Both the position numbers and the translations under genes were made by a program. 64,000 nt of DNA from Geosiphon pyriformis uo1 (lineage: Eukaryota; Fungi; Glomeromycota). The notes beneath the pieces are model-generated. The model was not told the origin of the DNA. It was given only the letters and a program-made list of their open reading frames with translations, and did no database searches. Positions 11,275-22,243 of the stretch are shown in pieces. Where the stretch lies: positions 406,388 to 470,387 of the forward strand of contig JAAOMT010000197.1 of assembly GCA_016748015.1 (NCBI GenBank), in the 5' to 3' direction. Position 1 is the stretch's first letter, and each line of letters starts with the position of its first letter.

Positions 11275-12657
11275 ATGAACATACAAAAATATTAACAATT
11301 GCAACATTATCTAAACACTCAACAGTTCAAAGAGAATTTATCTCATATGGAACAAAGAAGTATCAAACAACAATCAAAATATTTTATCACTTACCAAAAT
11401 ATACTTTATCGGAAAAATAGAAGGGATCCAGATCAACCAACCAGAGTAATTATGGAGCCAGAAAAAGAGACAATATTATTCAACATGCACTCAAATCCAA
11501 CAGCAGGACATTTTCACAAAGAAGCAACCATGAAAAGAACTAGAAAAAAATACTATTGGCCATCAATGTATCCAGACATCATTCAATATGTTCAAAATTG
11601 TGATGCTTGTCAGCGAAGAGGAGAAACAAGACCCAATGAACCATTAAGACCAATCAAAGTGGAACAACCATTTGACCATATGAGAATTGATTTAGTGAGA
11701 CCATTAACAATCACCAGCAGAGGAAAAAAATACATAGCAGTAGCTATGGACTATCTCACTAAATGGCCAGAGGCAAAAGCAATTCAAAGAGTAGATGCAG
11801 AATCTGTTGCCGAATTTGTTCATCAGGATTTGATTTGTCAACATGGATGTCCAAAAGAATTATTATCAGACCAAAGAACTTATTTTGTGAACAGAACATT
11901 AACAGAATTAAGCCAAAGATTCGGAATCAAGAGACCATTATCATCACCATACCATCCACAAACCAACGGATTAGTAGAAAGATTCAACAGAACATTGTGT
12001 GAAGCAATAGCCAAGCTCAGCCAAGAAAACCAGAACAATTGGGATTTGTTCATACCATCAATACTATTTGCTTATCAGACAACAAAACAAGATACTACAC
12101 AAGCAACACCATTTGAATTAGTATATAAGAGAATAGCAACATTACCAGTAGAGAGAGAAATTAATACATATTCAGCTGAACCAATAACAGAGAAAAATTT
12201 TCAAGAAACATTGCTAAGAAGAACATATAACTTAATGGAAACATTGGAAAACAAACAAAGAAGAGCAGCTGATAATATCCAAAAGTCATAAGAAACACAG
12301 AAAGAAAGACACGATAGTCAACTACCAGACAAACCAGTTGAATTCAAGATCGGAGACAAAGTATTACTATATCGTACCAAAACGGAAAAACAATGAAGTG
12401 GAAAATTTGACCCCAAATGGGATGGACCATTTCACATAAAAAAAATTCTAGGAAATGGAGCTTACAAATTAAGATTGGATAACAAAATTTTAACCAAAAC
12501 AGCACATGGAGATCGACTGAAACCATATCACAACATCACACTACCATCTACCAGTAATATTCCACAATTAGGAGTACAGAGAATACTAGTCCAACCAAAT
12601 GAGATTCCACGAGATCAGGAACCAATCATTATTATTGACAACAACACGTTAAATTGA
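11275..12657 (+). pseudogene. Integrase (HHCC, DDE core, C-terminal GPF/SH3-like) in a separate ORF
   Basis: ATG at 11275; 'HSNPTAGH...CDACQ', 'YHPQTNGLVERFNRTL', 'FKIGDKVLL...KWDGPF'. No chromodomain seen. Confidence 0.9.
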
Positions 12658-12681
12658 TCCATCAAAAGAATATATAAAGAC

Positions 12682-13335
12682 ATGGTAAACGTGACAGGAA
12701 ATATCAGAAAAATAGAAATTACAGACAACATTCACTCACTAGCACAACAACTCTTTCAATTAATCCAACACCAGAAAATAGAAATTACAATCAATCAACA
12801 AACCATTCAATATCAAGATACTAGAAAGACATTTCAACTCAGAACACGGAAGAAAACTGAAAATACTGTGGACAAAATCATGGCAAAAGTAAAATTAGCA
12901 ATAAAAAAATCAACAAAAGAGTCACTATATCAAGAGTTGACTAAAGAAACTTGGAATTGGTGGATACAACAATTTCCATGAAACTATTGTTATTTTTACT
13001 TGGGACAACATGTAAATATCCAGAATCTATATATGGATAAAACAAAGCGATTATTTGACCAAAAAATATTACAACAATTAGAACATTTTGTGGGAAAAAA
13101 CAACTTATCTACACAAGCCTGAGCCATATACCGAATACACACAGCCTTTCAAGATAAACTAGAAATATTGCTCAACAGAGCAATGGATCTGGTTACCAAT
13201 AATCAATTGGGAAAAATCACCAATGCTCAATTTGAAGAATTACAGACCCAAATAACACAAGTAATTCTCAAAAACAAAATTCAGGAAATACTTCAAGAGA
13301 GGGAATTACATGAGTTAGATTTCGATGGAGCTTAA
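12682..13335 (+). pseudogene. Accessory ORF3 of Gypsy-1 (~217 codons, unknown function)
   Basis: The frame continues through two internal TGA stops to TAA 13333-13335, just before the PPT. Homologous relic in Gypsy-2 at ~49530-50200. Confidence 0.7.
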
Positions 13336-13339
13336 TATT

Positions 13340-13354
13340 AAAAAGAGGGAATAA
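13340..13354 (+). promoter_or_regulatory. Polypurine tract
   Basis: aaaaagagggaataa directly before the 3' LTR. Gypsy-2 has aaaaaaaagaaataa at 50205-50219. Confidence 0.85.
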
Positions 13355-14120
13355 TGTTACTCATAGAAATATAAGAAATGTATTAGCATAATTATTAGCC
13401 AATCAAAAGTAAGCGTAGTAAATGTGGAATTCTAGGATTCCTCTCAGGAATTGCAGGATTCCTGTCGTGAAGAATCGAGGAATTGAGGAATCTCAATTAT
13501 GTATATATAGCAGTAGTGTTAGAAACAGAAAAGAGAGAATCAAAAACACAGAATTCTTAGCCTAGAAACACAATCATCAAATAAATAATTATTTCATATC
13601 TCAATCCACTTCCCACTATCAATCCTTCATGTTGATAATTGATACTTAACCATGCTAGAACAATAGCTCTTGATCACGGCTATTGACGGGATACTAATCT
13701 GCAAATCACCTTGGCTTATTTCTTTGCTTTTTTTATTTTCTTTTCTTTCTTTTTCTTTATTTTATTTTGATTTGTTGTTATATACTAATTGATAAAAGAT
13801 TAAGCACTGAGTTATTGACATTAAGGATAGCCTGGTAAAAGACCCAGAAATATGGGTAGGATTTTATATATTATTGGATAGCTTACCAGAAGGGCACAAC
13901 TGTCAGACTAAATCCAGCCACCACGCTGAGAAAGAAATTGGGAAAACTCTTGGAAAATATATCTACTATTAACACTATTGAATCTCTGTCTATTATACAA
14001 AGGACTCAACCAAAACTTTCAGATACAGCATCTTCAGAACAGCCTCAATGGAAGTAGCTTTTGAGCACCAAGTTACGAGTTTGTTATTTAATTCAACAGC
14101 AGAAATAATCACCTGTAACA
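13355..14120 (+). repeat. 3' LTR of Gypsy-1 (766 bp)
   Basis: Direct repeat of 4130-4985. Confidence 0.95.
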
Positions 14121-16070
14121 ATACTTACTACATATAATCAATTATTCAGACCAAACAAAACAATACTACATATTTATATAAACTTTTACATTATTATTTA
14201 AACCAGAAAAAAATAAATATGATTTACATCTACCAAAACTAATTATAAAGAATTCAATTATTCCAAAAAAATAAATTATGTTATTTGATAAACCAACTAT
14301 CAAGTCAACAATCAGACCAAATATTATATTACTATTGTTTACTAAACTCATCTTTTTTAAATTTACTCTAAATTTAGACCTAACAAGCCAAATCTTTAAA
14401 TAGTGACTTTTTACTAACTATCCTAAAAATACAACTATGATTGTCAAAATCTTTTTCTTGTTCTTAAAAACCACTATAGTCTTTAAACACTATTTTTTTA
14501 GCATAAAATTCTTGTAAATTATAGTATACAAATTTATATTAAACAAATACTTAAAAAGAGTTCTTAGTATGGCAAATAAAAAAACAGTACAACCACTCAC
14601 CAAAAAAACCCAAATGTTAAAAAGCTCTGTTAATATTTTATTGTAAATGTCTTTATTTTTAGGACAGATAAAAACATAATCCAGAAATTTTATTTCATTA
14701 TACAACAAACATAATATTTTAGGGTACTTTCTGTTATACAGTCTTTTTTTAACAGTTATTGACAAATATTTATGTACAGTTTTTATCAAATAAGTATACA
14801 AATTAACAGATCTTTTGCTCATAAAACCAGATAGCATATACAAGTCAAAATACTACATCTTTATAGTAGACAGTTAATCTATTCTCTAAATTAATTTATC
14901 TAATACTACATAATAACAAAACCATTTTCTTATCAAACATAACAAACAGACTTATACAAATTATAGATAAAATAATAAATATTGCCAAAAACAGCTGTGT
15001 TTTTTACCATTATAAATTGTTTACATACTCTATTCAGCAGAAACAATAAAAAATATAAAGTTTTACTTATTATATAATTTGTTTTAATATTATCAAAAAT
15101 ATCTAAATGGTTTTTAATTTTAATCTAATTAATTAGAAAGTCTTTATTTTTTATTAAATTAGCAATATGTTTTTTTTCTATTCAACAGCAACTATAAAAG
15201 TCAGATATAATAAACTCAACCTCATATGTGTATATATTAATAATAACCTGGCTATTAAAACACAGAATAATTAAACACAAAAATAGAACACACTCCAAAA
15301 ACAAAGCAATAGTTTGCAATTTAGCCATTGTAGATAACAAAAAACTATGTACTTTAATATTAATCTTCATATTTATAATTAGAAAATATGTAGCAACTTT
15401 ATAAACAATCTTAGCAAAACCCAAATTTTTCAATAATTTATCTGTATACACTTTAATAACATTTGATCAAACTTCATATAAATGTTTATAAACATCAAAA
15501 AACTTGTTAGATTTCAGAATACTTAGGCCATTCAGTCTGCTAATTCAACCAAAATCAACCAGCAGAAATTTATTATTATGTAAAAATCTTGAAACCAACT
15601 TAAATCAAAGCAGCACAGAATTTTAAAAATCCAATCTTTTTTAACAATAAAACATTTTTTACTTTATTACTTTGCCTTTGTTGTTTAAAAGTCTATTACC
15701 AAATGTTATTTCAAACTTTTTCAAAAAATAAGCTAAATCATAGTATAAAAACTTTTTTAAAATATTTGAAATTAAAAACTTCCCAGAACTGTAAAATACA
15801 TTAGACAAGTTGTTATCTAAAAACACACTATTAACCAAAAAAATTTTCACAACTCCAGCCAAAAAATTATTAACAGGACTAACATACAATTTAATAAAGC
15901 AACACAAAGAATTTAAAAAAATCCAGCTTAAAATCTGTAAATTCAAATATCTGTAATCAAAAAATATCTGAAAATACCTAAAGCATTAGAAAAAATTACC
16001 ATTGATGTCAATTTATTTTCAGTCTGTATCTGCTTAAATAATTTCAAACCATTCAAAAAAAAGATAATAT

Positions 16071-16768
16071 TGTTATAGTTGAAACTTATACTTTTTATTA
16101 ATTATCACATGTATTAGCTATTGATGTTATATAATTAATCACTCTATTTTTAAATAGTAATTATTGACCTGATCAATAATCTGACTGTTAACTTAATTAT
16201 TAACTTAATTATTGACTTAGTTGTTAATCTAATTATTGACCACTTTTAATAACTATATAAGTAATAGATTATTTAGCTGTAAAAAAACATATAAGAATCA
16301 AAAAAAGCAAAGAAATAAAATAATAATTTCATTTTAATTCTTTTCTTTTTACTAATTTCTCTTTCTTTACCTTTAAGTATCTAAGCATCTTGGAATAAAA
16401 AATTACTTGTTGGTTATTATTTACTTTTTTTTTGACTTATATAATTGTAGTATTTGAAAAATATTGAATAAAATATGACTAAAAAACACATTTGATATCT
16501 GATATTGAATTTTAAGAGTACCAATATAAGACATAGAATTATATCAGTGTGTTATTATTTGTTGACAGTATAAATTATCTTTCTATCTTTAGATTTTTTG
16601 GTTATTTTTTGAAAAAAATAGTAAATGAGATATTTTATGAAACTGATCTTTCATATTAAATTCATACTCATTCAATTTATTCTTTAAAGTTAAATCTCTT
16701 TTGATTAATTCTATTCTCTTACAATTCTGTTCTCTCTTGCTATTTGTTAACTTGTTATTCTAATAACA
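16071..16768. mobile_element. Solo LTR of a distinct family, inserted in LINE A
   Basis: TGTTAT...ATAACA ends, TSD ATAT (16067-16070 / 16769-16772), ~12-bp tandem units at 16160-16240. Removing it restores the LINE ORF2 sequence. Confidence 0.8.
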
Positions 16769-17687
16769 ATATAATGCTTTACTAAAAAATTATGCAGCAA
16801 ATTGGTTTTAGACTTAAGATTTTTTTTAATTATAATATTTTATTTATAATACATACTTAATAACACAAAATTAAATTGGAATTTATAGCTAACAATAAGT
16901 TGTAGGATGGCTAACACCAAATAAAAAAACTGCTTATTTATAATAATTTTTTTAAATATTATTTTTATTATTATTATTATTATTATTTAACGAGTGAAAT
17001 CCAAATACTGTCTAGTGCAATACATCATACAAATGATCTAAACTAGGTGTGAATCATGCACTTTTTATACGTGCCAGCCACTTGGACTAATCAAGACAAT
17101 ACTATACACCTATATGAACAGAAACTTCATTACCTATGTCTGAAAAAACAAACAAGACTTATGAAAACTGAAACCAACACCAATTGTCTTAGCAACACCC
17201 AGCAATCCAATCATGCCCACTGATAGCACTAAAAGAAGCCCAAAAATCGAGATAGGAACAGATCCATCGTGTGAAATAAGTCCATTTTTTTCCATAAAAG
17301 CATGGTGTTTGATATGAACCAACCAAATGTCCTCCCAAAAAGCATGACTAAACTCACGTACAAAGATTACAATGTTTTGACTTGCTATTTTGGAATCCTT
17401 GAAAACAGAGACAGACTCATAAAACCAACTCTTGAAAATAAAACCCTTGCACAGAGCAGTGCTGACCAAAATGTTGGACAAACAAGTGAACAACAGCTGC
17501 AAGACAACTGAAGAAGAATGACCCAGACTGGATTGCACTTCCCAAGCTGAAGCATGAAAGTCTAACAAATGAGCATGAACATTGGCATTAAATGAACAAG
17601 AAAAAGCATGGTTCAAGACTTCGATATCACCACAGAACAAACACACCACACTAGGGTAACTCTTATTATAAAACTATTTACACACGG

Positions 17688-18438
17688 TGTTACGGTTTAA
17701 GAATTTAGCAAAAAGAATCATAAAAATAATACAAACTATTCAATCATAATATAGCACAGTAATAATCTTAGAAAGGTAATGATTAACATAGTAGCAAACA
17801 CCATCTTGCGATAGTGGCAAGCACCAGTTCACAATAGCAGCCAACACAACTGGTGATAGCAGCAAGCACCAGGTTGAAATATCAAAAAGAAAGTATTTTC
17901 TCGTAGAACTACAAACATGTATATATACAGTAGTTTTAATATTGGGAAAGAATCAATCAAGTAATAAAAATCATAACTTATCAAGCAATAGATCCAATTT
18001 TATCCAACAAACTCCACTTTAAATCATACTTTCAAATTAAATATCCCAAGAAACCTTTAAAATCAAAAAGAAATGNNNNNNNNNNNNNNNNNNNNGTTAC
18101 TAATTGATAAAAGCTTTATTGTGAGAATTAGAAAAGCGCTAAAGACCATTAACATTCTGTGTTTCTAGATTAGAGAAACACATCAGGCAATTGCAAGGAT
18201 AGCCTCAGAGAAGACCCCAGACAGTGGGTAGATTTCAGTTCAGCCTCTGAGAAGGAGTACATAAACACACACAACAATCAAGAATTAAAGAATAACTTAC
18301 ATCGCAACAGTAAAAAGAAAGCCTTCAGTGTAACAGTGACATTATCACACAAATAGAATTGAGGAACTCACGAAAGACTGATTGCAATTAAAGCGGGATA
18401 TCAGCAATTAAATATAACAAGAAAACCATCCCGTAACA
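17688..18438 (+). mobile_element. Solo LTR (or collapsed full element) inserted in LINE B
   Basis: 8-bp terminal inverted repeat TGTTACGG/CCGTAACA, TSD ACGG (17684-17687 / 18439-18442). Contains an assembly gap. Confidence 0.85.
18076..18095. other. Assembly gap (20 N)
   Basis: Run of N characters. Confidence 1.
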
Positions 18439-21362
18439 ACGGCAACAGAAAGCTGAAAGTGCAATGCCTTCATAAAATATGTCTGGAAATTAGCAGTCCA
18501 CTTGCTAGTAAAGCCAGCAGCCATGTGAGAATCCGGATGCCATACCAGCAATGATCTGAACCAATCAATATCCGCATGCAGACTATTTACTACTATCCAC
18601 AAACCAGAACCAATTTCTCAATGTGCACGATGGACTAACCGAAAAACATTCTGAACAAAATGCCTAAAATTACCAGAAATGGCAGTACTATCAACCCTAA
18701 GATAGCGTTCATCGATAGAATGGAACAAATTCTAGCTAGAGAGAGCTGCAGCTCTGGCCAACTCATTCACATGCTCATTGCCCAAAACACCCAAATGACC
18801 TTTGACTTTATACCAATTAACATTTAAATTTTTATGACGAATGATATTTACAATGTGGCGACATTCAATTCAACACCGATTTCTAAAATTCAGGCAAACC
18901 AAATCCAACTCCAACTGACAAGCATCCAAAGCTGCTTGACTGTCTGAGAACAAGTCAATTGAACAAGAATGAGGGAGCTAAAGCAATGGCCTACAACTCT
19001 GTCAAGGTAGAAGACATCAAACCAGAAACTCCTATATCCAAACTCATACCAATATTTTCAAAGAAAACAGCAGCCCCGGCTTTTATATCAACAGACCCCA
19101 AGTCATTCAAAAATCCATCCATATAAACAGAAAGGTGACCAACATCAGAACACAACAAATTGGCACTAATAGCACTAAATTCACAAGAATGAAGAATATT
19201 TGAAAAGCTGTCATTATCCAAAGATGAAAAATAAACAGAAAGAGAGGATGCACCACCAAGAAATTGAACAAAAAGCACAAACCAGGCAGGAACAGGACCA
19301 CACAAGTCCAACTGATTTTACCACTTGAAGATTTTCTAATCAAAAACAGTCCCACATTGGTCAAGCAGCTGGTCCACGAAGGCAATTCTATAATGCTAAA
19401 GTGAAAAAACACACTTAAAATAAGTTGATTTACCAAGAACATAAAACAGGGGTCCCACCCCGACGACAAAAAGCATTAGTCAAGGAGCCACACAAGGACA
19501 AATCACTTCCAGAGAAAATGTGCACCATATTAGCCAGAAAATTATTTAGGGGGTTGACTTTGACATGAACCAGGTACTATAAAGAATGAAATGAATGCCA
19601 ACAGAGAACTTAAAGATTATGTGACTGGTAAAAAAATAGATGACCCAAAACACCAGAAGAGTTTGCGAAAAAAATGATCGAGGCTGACTTATTCTCAGCC
19701 TGAATCTGCTCAAAAGTCTTCAAACTGTACAAAAAAAGATGATGAATTGCATCACTAAGAAAATCATGTGGCAGGCCAGACTTAGATTTCAAGCTCTTAC
19801 AAATCAAAGTGTTTCACTTCTCACAAGTACTAACAGGAACATAACTGAATTGTGTTCTATAATCAATAATAAGAAAAACCAAATACGAAAACTGCTTATC
19901 AGATACCACTTTCTTGAGGACCAGATTAGCAAAAAACCAGACATCAGAATGTGTTTTGGCCAAGCTAGGTTTGGAAAGACCCTTAATCGACAGATAGATC
20001 CCTAAATAGTGATGTAATTCTCCTCTTTTGGCAATAGAAATAGGTGACCTGCTGATCAACAAGAAAGGATCTGCAACCTTGCAATTAATAGAAATGGCCA
20101 CAGTCTTATCATTATTAATTGAAATATTATTGATATCAAAAAATTTACTAGCAACATTGAGAATGTGCTATGTAATATTTTGACTGCTGCCAACCCATAT
20201 AGTATTATCAACAAAGGCACCTGCAGTGAAAAAAGAGAAAAGATCAGCCTGAGATTCAGCATGACCGTCTCCAGAAATAAAGTAAGAATTCAACTTATAT
20301 CCACACCCATCCACCTGTTTCTTAACCTCACACAGAAGAGGATCATAAAATATGTACCAAAGGAGCAGTGAAAAAACCTCCCCCTGGTCTAAGCCATTGT
20401 GCACTTTGTATCCATCTGTCAAACCAAAATCTGTCATAATCCTATTAATACGATCATTATGAATACCACCAAAAAACCTAATAAACCTGCTACACATCTT
20501 TATCCTAACCAAACTGTTTTACAGATGCTTCTACCCAACAGAATCATAAGTCTTCCACATGTCCTGCAAGACCAACCAAAGCTCACAACCCTTCTCTAAA
20601 GCATTTTCAACCACTAAACCAATGGCAAAAATGAGTGACTGCATCATTGTACTCTTTAGAACTGAAAAATTGTCCCCATGCAAAACATCAAAAGTATTAC
20701 ATACCAACGAAATCCTATCCAAGAAAATTTTGGAAAGAATCTTACAGGCAGTTTCAATCAAGGCAATAGGTTAGGTGTTCGTAAGAACTCCATCCTATTC
20801 ATATGGCTTAGGAATTATCGAAACTCAAGCTTCTTTCCAAGCACTGGGTACTGATTTGTAGATCAAACAAAAATTCAAAAGCACCAAAAGCATCTCCAAA
20901 ACTGATTTATTGTAATGTTTCCAGAATTTATTTGAAATCCCAGAGAGGCCAGCAGCTTTATTCTCGGGAAGATTAGAAACCACACCAAGCAACTCATCAA
21001 CACCAACAGAACACATCACACCAGAAAAGGCATCATTGAAAACATACTCCAGAGACTGGTATTGGCAGGACCATTCATTTGAGATGTCAGACATTACCCT
21101 GCGCTTCCTGGTCTAATCTTCCATGATTCCAATATTATATTAACAAAAAATTAGAAATTAGAGTGAACTTTAATAATGCTAGACTTAGACAAATTTTCAA
21201 TTAATAAAAATTTTTAAGTATCTGTATAATTCTCTTTTCTTAACAATTAAGATTAACATATTACTAATCTTTAAAAATATTGTTTTAATATTTTGATTAA
21301 TGAGGATAGCTATTGTTTTTTTATTGTTAATTGAAATATTATTAATTGTAAAAATTTACTGG

Positions 21363-22243
21363 TATTACAGATAATTATTTGGGGTCTGAAAACAAATAAC
21401 AAATCCATAACTTGGTGCTTAATAACTTGATAATATTGGTAATATCTGAAGGTTTTAGTAATCTGAAGGTTTTTATATCTAAAAGTTTTGGGTTGGAGTC
21501 TTTTGTATAATAAACAAAAATTCAATAGTTGTTTTTAGTAGCCTTCTGGAATGATTATTCCATCAAATTTCTTTCTTCAACATGATAGCCAGTTTATTCT
21601 GACAGTTATGTTCTTCTGATAAGCTATTTATTAATTTATAAATTCTATACTCTTATTTCTGGGTCTTTTATTAGGCTATTTTTGATGTCAATTAATCAGT
21701 GCTTAATTTTTTAAATCAGCTAATACATAACAAATAACAAAAGAAATAAAAGAAAATAAAATAAAAAATAAAAAAAATAAGAAAAAAATAAGAATTAATA
21801 TTCTGTTAATAGCCATAATCAAGAGTTATTGTTCCAGTATAGTTAAATATTAGATATTATCAATATGGAGTGTTAATAACAGATAAATAGTGATGATTTT
21901 TTTAATCAAATTACAATAACATAGATTAGATAATAATATAGATGTTTATTTGATATTGTAATAAATTCACTTTAGTTGATAGTAACTATTTATGAAGTAA
22001 ACAGTATTTAATAATTATGATCTGCAAGTCTAATTGATTAATTTTCTAGCTTTTAATACTCTGCTATATATATATAATTTATGTTATATAAAATTTCTAA
22101 AATCTTGCAATTTTTTCAGAAGAATTCAAGAATTTTGGAATTCTATAATTCTTTTAGAAGAATCCTGGAATTTCTCTGTTATTATGTTTATTTCTAATTG
22201 GCTATTTTTTTAACTATAATATTCCTAATTTCTATGAGTAATA
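21363..22243 (-). mobile_element. Solo LTR related to the Gypsy-1 LTRs, inserted in LINE A RT
   Basis: Reverse complement begins tattactcatagaaa (cf. tgttactcatagaaa) and ends tgtaata; TSD CTGG (21359-21362 / 22244-22247). Confidence 0.88.

Larger units (their letters stand above)
4130..14120 (+). mobile_element. Structurally complete Ty3/Gypsy LTR retrotransposon (Gypsy-1), inactivated by stops and frameshifts
   Basis: Paired LTRs TGTTAC...GTAACA, 4-bp TSD ATAC (4126-4129 / 14121-14124), PBS, PPT, and domain order gag-PR-dUTPase-RT-RH-IN. Confidence 0.97.
16963..21130 (-). mobile_element. 5'-truncated LINE (LINE B: RT, RNase H, C-terminal Zn knuckle, 3' UTR) inserted in LINE A
   Basis: RT 'GLDQGEVFS', 'AFVDNTIW'; RNase H 'VYMDG...TLTEL', 'SDSQAALD'; 'CLFCGDIEVLNHAFSC'; (AAT)n tail 16963-16987; TSD aatattat (16955-16962 / 21131-21138). 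Confidence 0.9.

Noticed and set aside
12475-12657. Chromodomain at the integrase C-terminus
   Set aside because: No chromodomain motif (YLVKWxG-type) seen.
12682-13335. ORF3 as an env gene
   Set aside because: No visible signal peptide, transmembrane segment or fusion-protein motifs.
21310-21525. Recurrent small ORFs in LTRs (also 40291-40512)
   Set aside because: Similarity reflects LTR DNA homology; starts and stops are not conserved.
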